Below are positions 18,483 to 25,757 of a stretch of DNA of 27,900 bases, in pieces. Numbering within the stretch: the first letter of the stretch is position 1; every line of letters starts with the position of its first letter. The stretch is taken from positions 1 to 27,900 of the IMG/VR virus record IMGVR_UViG_3300032203_000022; one strand, given 5' to 3'. The notes under the pieces were generated by a model. That model was not told the origin of the DNA, did no database searches, and worked only from the letters and a program-made list of their open reading frames with translations. The position numbers and the translations under genes were made by a program. The stretch is from a virus. Taxonomy: Duplodnaviria; Caudoviricetes.

Positions 18483-18931
18483 TGCCGATAAATACAAGCA
18501 CATACCAGGCAGACCCTCCTGACGCACAGGGCCGCTATCAGGTTGTTGAGCGACATACCGACCACCTTGGCCGTGAGCACATGGTCCCCTACACTTGCGA
18601 GCCTGGCTGGTCGCCGGAAGAGATCCTGACAGCACGGGCAATCAAACTTGGTGCTGAGATTGACCGCCGGGAAGCACAAGAGGCCGAGGCCAATAATTTT
18701 CAGGTTCCGTGGACGCATCGTGAGTTCTGGCAGCGGGTGACCCCTGATGAGTTTGCGGCTTGCCTTGAGTTCAGTAAGGTTGATCAAGTCGCGGCTTATT
18801 TTTGGGAATTGTTACACACTGACGGGCCGATCTACCCCGGCAATACTCTACTTGTCCAGGGCCTTGCTTACTTCGAGCAGTCTGGTAAGCTGGCAACTGG
18901 CAGAGCGAACGAGATCGCGGGGGTTGTCTAA
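18482..18931 (+). CDS. Tail fibre chaperone-like protein
   Basis: C-terminal THREFWQRVT...QGLAYF...GRANEI pattern resembles small helical proteins encoded beside fibre genes. Confidence 0.45.
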   Translation: MPINTSTYQADPPDAQGRYQVVERHTDHLGREHMVPYTCEPGWSPEEILTARAIKLGAEIDRREAQEAEANNFQVPWTHREFWQRVTPDEFAACLEFSKVDQVAAYFWELLHTDGPIYPGNTLLVQGLAYFEQSGKLATGRANEIAGVV

Positions 18932-20286
18932 TGGCCCATAAATACCTGAATGATGACGGTGGCAATAGTGCTCCTTACGAAAGCACAACCAATGCGGCAA
19001 CGACATTAAGTGGTCTGTTAGCTGGTACAACCGTTGCGGTCGATGAACATATATGGGTGAAGAGTGATCATGTTGATAATGGCTACACCGCCCATACCAC
19101 GTTCTCGTCCCATAGTGGGGCAACGCCTTCATCACCACAACGTTTGCTCTCGACTTCTGATTGGGACGCGAGCCCGACCACATTGAATAGTGGTGCGATC
19201 ATTGGGACGAATGGCGGATACGCCATCACATTTGAGGGATGTTGGTATCTCGATGGCTTGACCCTTGGCCTGAACGCTGGAACGCCAGACACAACATCTA
19301 CAACTCGTTTTGGCACGAGAATTGGCCCGTCATGTGTAACAGCGCAAGATTGCACATTCCAATGCGATTATACTTTGACAAACGCGGCGTATTGTCTGTG
19401 GTTGACAACAGCAGTAAGCGCATATGTCGAGGTTTCGGTCTTCACGCTGCTTAATCCTGTCTTTTATCCAAACGCTGCGAATACAAGCCTGTTGTTTTTC
19501 TTTGGATCATGTACCGTCGCTATTGACAATATGTCGTTTCATGCCAGTGCGACAGCACCAAAAACATTATTTCGGTCTAGTCTCGGAAGCAATGTGAAGA
19601 TGGCCGTAACCAATTCTGATCTATCCGGTAAGGCATGGACGAACTTAATCGAGTTCCCCGCCGCGCATGGTGTTGTGGACTTAACACTTCGTAATTGCAA
19701 ACTTCCATCCGGGGTCACAATCGTTAACTCAAGCGCGGTTGGCCCTTACGGGACCGTCAGGCTGATCAACTGCGATTCCGGCGACACATGGACCAGGCAC
19801 GAGGAGCATAGCTATCAAGGGGTCTGGTCTGTCATCACAACGGTATATGCCGACACTGATCCAGCTCTTTTTAAAGCAAGCGAAGAGTACAGCATCAAGA
19901 TGGTTTCATCGGCCAATGCGAGCCGCTTTTTGCCGCTGTACTCGCAATGGATGCCATTGTGGAATGATGCAGCGGCCTATACTCCGGCCATTGAGGTGCT
20001 GGTCGATGGGGCAGTCGCCGCTTTGGATAACGACGAATTGTGGTTGGAGGTTGACTATAATAGCGGATCAGATAGCCCACTTGGAACACGAGTTACGACA
20101 TGCCCCGGCCTGCTGGAAACGCCTGCTTCGGTTGCTGACGGGACGACCACATGGACTGGTGACACCGGATGGGATCATAAATTGAGTACGGCGCAAATTA
20201 CCCCTGATAAGCCTGGGTTTATTTGGATACGAGTCGCACTTGCGAAGGCGTCAACTACCATCTACGTCAACCCTCCGAGGCCGTAA
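18931..20286 (+). CDS. Putative beta-helix receptor-binding/spike protein
   Basis: 451 aa, S/T/N-rich; APYES..NAATTL...IWVK beta-helix cap pattern; repeated hydrophobic-x-N/D-C/S rungs (AQDCTF, VTNSDL, LRNCKL, LINCD). Confidence 0.55.
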   Translation: MAHKYLNDDGGNSAPYESTTNAATTLSGLLAGTTVAVDEHIWVKSDHVDNGYTAHTTFSSHSGATPSSPQRLLSTSDWDASPTTLNSGAIIGTNGGYAITFEGCWYLDGLTLGLNAGTPDTTSTTRFGTRIGPSCVTAQDCTFQCDYTLTNAAYCLWLTTAVSAYVEVSVFTLLNPVFYPNAANTSLLFFFGSCTVAIDNMSFHASATAPKTLFRSSLGSNVKMAVTNSDLSGKAWTNLIEFPAAHGVVDLTLRNCKLPSGVTIVNSSAVGPYGTVRLINCDSGDTWTRHEEHSYQGVWSVITTVYADTDPALFKASEEYSIKMVSSANASRFLPLYSQWMPLWNDAAAYTPAIEVLVDGAVAALDNDELWLEVDYNSGSDSPLGTRVTTCPGLLETPASVADGTTTWTGDTGWDHKLSTAQITPDKPGFIWIRVALAKASTTIYVNPPRP

Positions 20287-21189
20287 ATGGCTACTTATCA
20301 CAGGATAGGGCCGGATGGGTCGATTATCGCTGTTGCCGATGACGGCTATATCCGGATCGGCCCGGACGGGTCACTTGTCATTGGCGACGCTGCCGCGGCG
20401 GGTGGACAGACCGGTGCGCTGACTGATAGTATCGCTGTAACTTCATCTGAAGCCGGCCTTTCACACCTGATTGCCGCGGTAGCTGATCAATTCGGTGTTG
20501 GAGAGACGCCTGCTGGGGTGGGCGCGTACATCGCGGAATTGCTCGACAGTCTGAGCGCCAGTGATACTTTGACAGGCGTTGCCGGCCTCGTTGCGGCGCT
20601 CTCTGACTCTGTTGCGCTAACAGGGCTTGAGTCAGCATCAACCCTGGCGTCAGGCGCATTGTCAGACTCGCTGGAACTTTCTGACCAGTCTGTAAAAATC
20701 GCGCATCTGCTGGCATTGTTAAGCGACACAGCGTCGCTGTCAGAAGCGTTTGGTGCGCTGTTGCGGGCTAAAGCGAGTGTCGCCGACGTAGTGGCCATTA
20801 CCGATACGGCTGGTGGGGTAGGCGGATTCATCGCTGGGCTTATTGATCAGCTATCTTATGTTGACGACGTGTCGTTCGCTTCTGGTTCTTCTTCCGGGGC
20901 TCTATCGGACACAATAGCTGTTAGCGACAGTCCGGCTGGGCTTGGGCGGTACGTCGTAGTAGTAAACGACAGTATGGAGGTATCGGATGCTGCCGCCGGC
21001 ATCGCCCGTTATTTGCGGTCTCTGGCGGATATCTTCAATTTAACTGATGCAGCAACAACAACAGTAAGTATCGACGGGCCAGTATCGGTCACCGTCGAAG
21101 TTCTGCGGGCGACCGCCACTTTCGAGGTCGTCAAGGCATCAACAACTTATGAGGTCGTCAAGGCATCAACAACTTATGAGGTATTATGA
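20287..21189 (+). CDS. Repetitive fibre-shaft-like protein
   Basis: Roughly 21-aa repeats with consensus L-S-D-S-(L/I/V)-x-(L/V)-S-D; duplicated RIGPDGS at the N-terminus. Confidence 0.6.
   Translation: MATYHRIGPDGSIIAVADDGYIRIGPDGSLVIGDAAAAGGQTGALTDSIAVTSSEAGLSHLIAAVADQFGVGETPAGVGAYIAELLDSLSASDTLTGVAGLVAALSDSVALTGLESASTLASGALSDSLELSDQSVKIAHLLALLSDTASLSEAFGALLRAKASVADVVAITDTAGGVGGFIAGLIDQLSYVDDVSFASGSSSGALSDTIAVSDSPAGLGRYVVVVNDSMEVSDAAAGIARYLRSLADIFNLTDAATTTVSIDGPVSVTVEVLRATATFEVVKASTTYEVVKASTTYEVL
21124..21182 (+). repeat. 27-bp perfect tandem repeat (two copies plus a partial)
   Basis: GAGGTCGTCAAGGCATCAACAACTTAT at 21124 and 21151, then GAGGT; encodes EVVKASTTY twice. Confidence 0.95.
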
Positions 21190-21190
21190 C

Positions 21191-21700
21191 ATGAATAAAC
21201 TGGCTCTTTCCGGGAAATGGACTGTTACCCACCGCGCTGCTGACGGCAGGATTATCTCCGTCGAAAATATCGACAACACGATAACCAATGAGGGTATTGA
21301 CTATCTGCTCAATGCCGGGCTGCACGGCGGTACCCAAATATCATCATGGTACATCGCGCCGTGGTCAACAAACACCACCCCGACAACGGGGCACACCTAC
21401 GCTACTCCCGGCAATACCGAAACAACAGCATACAGCGAATCGACCCGGCAGGAGTGGGCTGAGGGTGCCGCATCCAGCCAGAGTGTGACAAATGCTACTG
21501 CCGCGACCATTACCGCTTCCGGAGCGGTGACGGTGTATGGGTTCGGTATTGTCGGCGGCGGGACCGGCGCAACGACCAAAGCAGATACGGCTGGCGGTGG
21601 GACCCTGCTATCTTCTGGGCTCTTCGCATCCGGCAAGACGCTGGCAACCAACGAAACGCTTGATCTGACCTACACTATCTCTGGCGCGAATGGGGCGTAA
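21191..21700 (+). CDS. Virion structural protein (fibre anchor-like)
   Basis: ATG 21191 after GAGGT; NTITNEGIDYLL...GGTLLSS...ETLDLTYTI pattern typical of phage fibre-associated proteins. Confidence 0.6.
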   Translation: MNKLALSGKWTVTHRAADGRIISVENIDNTITNEGIDYLLNAGLHGGTQISSWYIAPWSTNTTPTTGHTYATPGNTETTAYSESTRQEWAEGAASSQSVTNATAATITASGAVTVYGFGIVGGGTGATTKADTAGGGTLLSSGLFASGKTLATNETLDLTYTISGANGA

Positions 21701-21702
21701 TC

Positions 21703-22053
21703 ATGGCCACCAGGGTGACGACGACATTTAACGACGGGTCGGATGCGGGGCTGCGGCTGACGCTGCTAGACAGCGACGGCGACGCAGCTCTTGCCGGGGC
21801 CATCAGTGCTATTACCTACACACTCAGCGATATCACCGGAAATGTCCTCAGTGATCTGGAAGACGAAGCGATTACCCCGGCCAACCCGGTCACCATCCCG
21901 CTCTCTGCCGCAGATATGACGGAATCGGGCACTACACCGTTTGGCCGGCGACTGTTGACTGTGACATGGACCTACACGGATGCGCTGCTCGGCTCCGGCA
22001 CAGTCCACACTGAGGAGTATCTGTTGACTCTCAACAATTTTATCAATGTGTGA
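21703..22053 (+). CDS. Hypothetical beta-sandwich structural protein (BppU-like adaptor candidate)
   Basis: 116 aa, acidic, alternating beta pattern, tightly packed in the operon. Confidence 0.5.
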   Translation: MATRVTTTFNDGSDAGLRLTLLDSDGDAALAGAISAITYTLSDITGNVLSDLEDEAITPANPVTIPLSAADMTESGTTPFGRRLLTVTWTYTDALLGSGTVHTEEYLLTLNNFINV

Positions 22054-22062
22054 GGTTTAGAA

Positions 22063-22266
22063 ATGTCAGATTCGATTGTTAAATCAGCGGCTCGCGGCAG
22101 GCTGTTAGCGGCGGCGATTATGGCCGGGGTCACCGTGTACCTGGCGGGCAAGGGCGTGGTGTTGAGTGAGGAGGACAGGGCCGCCGGGGAGGTGTTGATC
22201 CTCGGCGGCTTGTCCGGGCTGGCGTCGCTGGTGACGCTGCTGTCTAAACTGCGGGAGAAAGATTGA
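22063..22266 (+). CDS. Holin-like protein, two transmembrane segments
   Basis: 67 aa; LLAAAIMAGVTVYLAG and VLILGGLSGLASLVTLL; charged C-terminus KLREKD; SD GAGGT. Confidence 0.7.
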   Translation: MSDSIVKSAARGRLLAAAIMAGVTVYLAGKGVVLSEEDRAAGEVLILGGLSGLASLVTLLSKLREKD

Positions 22267-22589
22267 TGGCAGCCGATATTGAGAGGAGAAAAAACCAGAT
22301 GTCCCGTGAGGAAATAGAGGATATAGTCTCAGCGTGTGTCAGACAGGTGTTCGAGGAGGAACGCGCGTCGTTCTTTATCGAGCCGGAGAAGCACTACCAG
22401 CATCATCAGATGATGGAAGCGTGCGCGGTTGGTCGGGAGACGTGGAGAAAAAACCATGAGTTCGTCGAGTCTGTGCGGTCTGGCGCGGAGATTGCCAAAA
22501 AAGCCGGGGTAACGGCTGCTGTGATTGCGTTCTTGTCGTTTATGATCGGGGCATTCTGGCTGGCGGTCAAGCACGAGGTGATGAAATGA
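22266..22589 (+). CDS. Membrane protein with one C-terminal TM segment (holin/antiholin-like)
   Basis: Soluble N-terminal region, then AGVTAAVIAFLSFMIGAFWLAV; TGATG coupling to the upstream gene. Confidence 0.6.
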   Translation: MAADIERRKNQMSREEIEDIVSACVRQVFEEERASFFIEPEKHYQHHQMMEACAVGRETWRKNHEFVESVRSGAEIAKKAGVTAAVIAFLSFMIGAFWLAVKHEVMK

Positions 22590-22807
22590 TCCTCAAAGTT
22601 GACCAGATTTTGTGCAATAACTGTTACGAGTGCCATCTCATACTGCCGTTCATGTGTGCCCCGGATAGCGGGCTGGACGGTATGCCGGGGATGGCGAAGG
22701 GGGATAGTGGGTTTTTCGTTAATCGGCATTGGGCTATTAAATATTTTGCTCGTTTTCACGCTGCTGTCCGGGCCTGCAAGGCCGGAGCGCTCACGATTGA
22801 GGAGTGA
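22586..22807 (+). CDS. Single-cluster [4Fe-4S] ferredoxin-like protein 1
   Basis: LKVDQILC10NNC13YEC16HLILP ... AVRAC64KAGALTIEE; SD GAGGTG; ATGA overlap. Confidence 0.75.
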   Translation: MILKVDQILCNNCYECHLILPFMCAPDSGLDGMPGMAKGDSGFFVNRHWAIKYFARFHAAVRACKAGALTIEE

Positions 22808-22810
22808 TAT

Positions 22811-23032
22811 TTGTTCCGTGTCTCACGAGACAACAGTGTATGCAAGCATTGTGGCCGATGCGATCAGCATTGGCCGGGAATCGGAGATAGATTCAATTGT
22901 CAGGGATTTTTTGAGCTGTCATCGGCAGAGCACCGGGCAAATCAATTGCGGCTCGATTGGGCACGGAACCTCTGCCCACACGACGCGATACAGGTGGAGT
23001 GGAAAAGTGACAGACTACCGACCGCTGATTGA
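22811..23032 (+). CDS. Single-cluster [4Fe-4S] ferredoxin-like protein 2
   Basis: VSRDNSVC11KHC14GRC17DQHWP ... ARNLC55PHDAIQVE; TTG start 6 nt after GAGGAG. Confidence 0.75.
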   Translation: MFRVSRDNSVCKHCGRCDQHWPGIGDRFNCQGFFELSSAEHRANQLRLDWARNLCPHDAIQVEWKSDRLPTAD

Positions 23033-23471
23033 GAAATACGCGAAAAAGCACGGCATCCCGCCTGAGATCGTTTACGGCGTGTGTGTGACGGAATCGACGT
23101 TGAATCACAACGCATTTCGCTACGAGCCTGACTACCGATGGACGGTGGACCCGAAGGCAGTGAAGCCGCCGCTGTGCTCGACGTTATCGGAAGAAATGTT
23201 ACAAAAAACGTCGCTCGGAATTATGCAGGTGATGGGCGCGACCTTCCGAGAGCAGGGGTTCACTGGTTGGTTGCCGGAGGTGTTTGGTAATGTCCACCTG
23301 CAATTTGAGCACGGGTGCCGCTATCTCGCAAAGCAGATCAGACGCTTCGGCAGTGTGGAGGATGGCATTGCGGCGTATAATGCGGGGCGGCCCGTGCGAG
23401 TAGCCGGCGGCAGGTACGTCAACCAGGAGTATGTCGACAAGGTGCTGGAAAACGCAAAGGGGTGGGTGTAA
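23007..23471 (+). CDS. Endolysin, SLT-family lytic transglycosylase
   Basis: Catalytic TES, SLGIMQV, AAYNAG and YVDKV motifs; GTG 23007 after GGAG preferred over the track start at 22599. Confidence 0.9.
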   Translation: MTDYRPLIEKYAKKHGIPPEIVYGVCVTESTLNHNAFRYEPDYRWTVDPKAVKPPLCSTLSEEMLQKTSLGIMQVMGATFREQGFTGWLPEVFGNVHLQFEHGCRYLAKQIRRFGSVEDGIAAYNAGRPVRVAGGRYVNQEYVDKVLENAKGWV

Positions 23472-23860
23472 TGTGCTGCAAATTACCAGGGCCAGGAGAG
23501 GTATTGACAAGAGATCAGGTGTTAGCGATTGCCGATGCCTGGGGCTGGACAGAACTATCGGCGCGGATCAGGTCCACTCCTGCTCCTGAGCGTGATTTTG
23601 TTTCGGACGGTGGGTCAGGCGGCGCCCCGAAACGCTGGGGTGGGGTAGACCTGTACCCGGCGTATTTCGAGCATGATATCGAATACTGGCTCGGCGGATC
23701 ACCGCTTGACCGTCTGCGAGCCGATGCGCGGCTGATGCTGAGAGTTGCTGATATGACATCCGATGTCATATTCGCTGAGATTGTTTTCAACGCCGTGCGG
23801 GCCGGCGGCGATTTTCCGGGCGCGTCATGGCGCTGGGGTGAGGTGGGGGCGAACCGATGA
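23471..23860 (+). CDS. Prokaryotic phospholipase A2/DUF1353-like protein
   Basis: FVSDGGSGG...PAYFEHDIEYWLGG...RLRADARL...AVRAGG...WRWG; His-Asp dyad in a PLA2-type helix context; TAATG coupling to the endolysin. Confidence 0.55.
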   Translation: MCCKLPGPGEVLTRDQVLAIADAWGWTELSARIRSTPAPERDFVSDGGSGGAPKRWGGVDLYPAYFEHDIEYWLGGSPLDRLRADARLMLRVADMTSDVIFAEIVFNAVRAGGDFPGASWRWGEVGANR

Positions 23861-23934
23861 AAGAGCAAATGTGCTGCCGGTGCGGGAAGAAATTTGCCGG
23901 GCGTTGCTGCCCGGCGTGTGGGATGCCATGTTGA
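23857..23934 (+). CDS. 25-aa Cys-rich zinc-ribbon-like peptide (MKEQMCCRCGKKFAGRCCPACGMPC)
   Basis: Read by hand; ATGA overlap with the upstream stop; GAGGTGGGGG SD; CxxC...CPxCG. Confidence 0.5.
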   Translation: MKEQMCCRCGKKFAGRCCPACGMPC

Positions 23935-24074
23935 GGGTAGAGGACGAGCGGAAGGATGCCGCTGATGACTATGTCCTGCCTGACTGCTGGGATGTTTACC
24001 CTATGACAGACTGTCCTAATTTTTTTACCTGTGAGGCGCATTGGGGGCCGGTTGATGACTATTACGCAGATTAA
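23928..24074 (+). CDS. 48-aa acidic Cys-containing hypothetical protein
   Basis: ATG 23928 overlaps the end of the previous ORF; C-x8-C-x5-C-x2-H. Confidence 0.4.
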   Translation: MLRVEDERKDAADDYVLPDCWDVYPMTDCPNFFTCEAHWGPVDDYYAD

Positions 24075-24225
24075 CGAGCCGCAGTGCAAGCACGCGGTTG
24101 AACGCTGGCGGTTTAACCGCATCACCAGAAATGTCGTCTATTGGGTCGAGTGCGATGTTGATGGAAAGCATTGTATCATGTTCGATTGCGAAATGTTTGA
24201 CGGTGTGGCTAATAAAATATATTAG
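24055..24225 (+). CDS. 56-aa Cys-containing hypothetical protein
   Basis: ATG 24055 after GGGGG; four Cys; last gene before the terminator and attP. Confidence 0.5.
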   Translation: MTITQINEPQCKHAVERWRFNRITRNVVYWVECDVDGKHCIMFDCEMFDGVANKIY

Positions 24226-24236
24226 TCATTTTTTTT
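24205..24236 (+). terminator. Probable intrinsic terminator of the late operon
   Basis: GTGGCTAAT-aaaatat-ATTAGTCAT stem (with G-U pairs) followed by a T run. Confidence 0.5.
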
Positions 24237-24277
24237 AATACTTATTCTTTTAAAATCGAATTGTTATAAATAAATTT

Positions 24278-24327
24278 TAGCGTTCGGGACGCTAGGGTCG
24301 GAGGTTCGAATCCTCTCGTCCCGACCA
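24278..24327 (+). other. attP core: 3' half of tRNA-Pro(CGG), not a complete tRNA
   Basis: Anticodon arm TAGCG-TTCGGGA-CGCTA, T-arm GGAGG-TTCGAAT-CCTCT, acceptor 3' strand ending CCA; no D-arm or 5' acceptor strand upstream; 63 nt from the integrase stop. Confidence 0.92.
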
Positions 24328-24390
24328 TTTAAAAACAGCTATTTAGATGTGTTTTTGGTTGGTTGAAGTGCTGGCAATGCTGGCTAATTA

Positions 24391-25410
24391 TTAGCCAAGG
24401 TCAGGGAGTTTTTTAACGGTTTGTCGGTGCAGCTCCTTGGATGTGTGCTGGTAGGTTTTCAGGGTGGTTTCCACCGATTTGTGGCCAAGCATCTCGCTGA
24501 CAGACTTCAGGTCCGCTCCTTGGTCAAGCAGGTGGGTGGCGAAGGCGTGGCGGAGGTCGTATGGGCGCAGGCGGCGAGTGATGCCGGCGCGGCGTTTGGC
24601 GGCGGACCATGCTGTTTTGATCGAATTTATTTTCTTTCCTTTGTGGTGGATGATCGGAATATCAATTCCGGCATCCGCGTCTTTCCATTCCTGCAGTTTT
24701 TCCGCAAATGTCCCATGTATCGGGATATCTCTATAAGTGAGGCCGTTTTTTTTGGCCGATACTATTCTGATTGATTTCCGGTTGAAATCGACCGCGTCCC
24801 AAGTGAGGCCGAAGAGTTCGGCGGCGCCTGGGCGCAGGCCGGTATAAAAGCTGATGAGGAGCGCCCGTCGCAGGTGGTCTGCTGCGTGCTCAAGCAGGAG
24901 TTGCAGTTCGGCAACGGTTGGTGGCTGGATGATGCTGTCGTCGCGTTTTGGGCGACGGTATCGCTGCAGGGGGTGTTCGGTGATCAGGCCGCGGGTGATC
25001 GCCCAGTTGAGGATAGCGAGGAGGTCGTCGATGTCGCGGCGGATGGTGGTCAACTTGCGACCTCGTTTAAGGCGGTCGGCGACGTATTTGTCTATTTTTG
25101 CTGGGGTGATGTGGTTGATGTGCAGGTGGCCAAGGGCCGGGAGGATGACGGCATCCATTTTGTTGATCTGGCACTTGAGGGTGGTGCGCTCCGATTCGGC
25201 TATTTTGGCGGCGATGTAGGCGGTTGCCAAGTCGCGCAGGGTTGGGAGCGGGTTTCGACGGATGGTGGTTTTGCCGCCGGAAATGTCGGCGTCAAAATCT
25301 GCGGCGGCTGTTTCCGCTTCCGGGCCCCGGCCGAAGTAACGCCATTTTTGCTTACCGGCCTCGTACCAGACGACGGCAATGCGGCCGTCCGGTTTGCGCT
25401 GGATGCTCAT
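24391..25410 (-). CDS. int: Tyrosine recombinase (phage integrase)
   Basis: TGLRPG, RPYDLRHAFAT, LGHKS and KTYQH catalytic motifs; N-terminal arm-binding-like beta domain; ATG 25410 overlaps the upstream stop. Confidence 0.95.
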   Translation of the reverse strand: MSIQRKPDGRIAVVWYEAGKQKWRYFGRGPEAETAAADFDADISGGKTTIRRNPLPTLRDLATAYIAAKIAESERTTLKCQINKMDAVILPALGHLHINHITPAKIDKYVADRLKRGRKLTTIRRDIDDLLAILNWAITRGLITEHPLQRYRRPKRDDSIIQPPTVAELQLLLEHAADHLRRALLISFYTGLRPGAAELFGLTWDAVDFNRKSIRIVSAKKNGLTYRDIPIHGTFAEKLQEWKDADAGIDIPIIHHKGKKINSIKTAWSAAKRRAGITRRLRPYDLRHAFATHLLDQGADLKSVSEMLGHKSVETTLKTYQHTSKELHRQTVKKLPDLG

Positions 25411-25757
25411 TTGTCGATGGTCCAGACATCGATTCCGTATTTTTTGGCGAGCATCATGGTCCGCAGCCAATGGATGGAATCACCAGGGCCGACGATGAGG
25501 AGCACGCCCGGGCGGAGGCCGGTCAGGTGGGAGTAATAGAGGGACTGACCGATTGCCTCCGCCCATTTTTTGCCGAAATCGACCTCGACCGCGTGGGTGG
25601 CGGTGAGGCAATCGACGCGGGTGCGATCCGGAAGGATGTGTTCAACCTGGCCGGCCTGATCGGCACACCATTTTTCCTGGTAGTATTTTTCAGGGAGGGG
25701 ATTGGCGGCGGCGATGGCCGGCAAAAGCAGGAGCATCGGTGCGATGTAGGTCATCAT
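25407..25757 (-). CDS. PD-(D/E)XK-like fold protein with a signal peptide (116 aa)
   Basis: MMTYIAPMLLLLPAIAAA signal; E...RVDCLT..HAVEVDF..KWAEAIGQSLYY nuclease-like pattern; ATGA overlaps at both ends. Confidence 0.6.
   Translation of the reverse strand: MMTYIAPMLLLLPAIAAANPLPEKYYQEKWCADQAGQVEHILPDRTRVDCLTATHAVEVDFGKKWAEAIGQSLYYSHLTGLRPGVLLIVGPGDSIHWLRTMMLAKKYGIDVWTIDK

Noticed and set aside
21124-21182. CRISPR-like repeat
   Set aside because: Copies are directly adjacent with no spacers, are in frame in a CDS, and no cas genes are present.
14981-22053. Diversity-generating retroelement or invertible fibre cassette
   Set aside because: No reverse transcriptase or invertase in the window, and I saw no template/variable repeat pair or flanking inverted repeats; a self-alignment would be needed to exclude this fully.
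1663-24225. Stop-codon reassignment
   Set aside because: Genes are full length and tightly packed under the standard code, with TAA, TAG and TGA all used as stops.
24278-24327. Functional tRNA-Pro gene
   Set aside because: D-arm and 5' acceptor strand are missing and replaced by AT-rich DNA; this is an att core.
24540-24570. Integrase inactivated by HxxR changed to YxxR
   Set aside because: Tyr at this position occurs in other tyrosine integrases; the other catalytic residues and the frame are intact.
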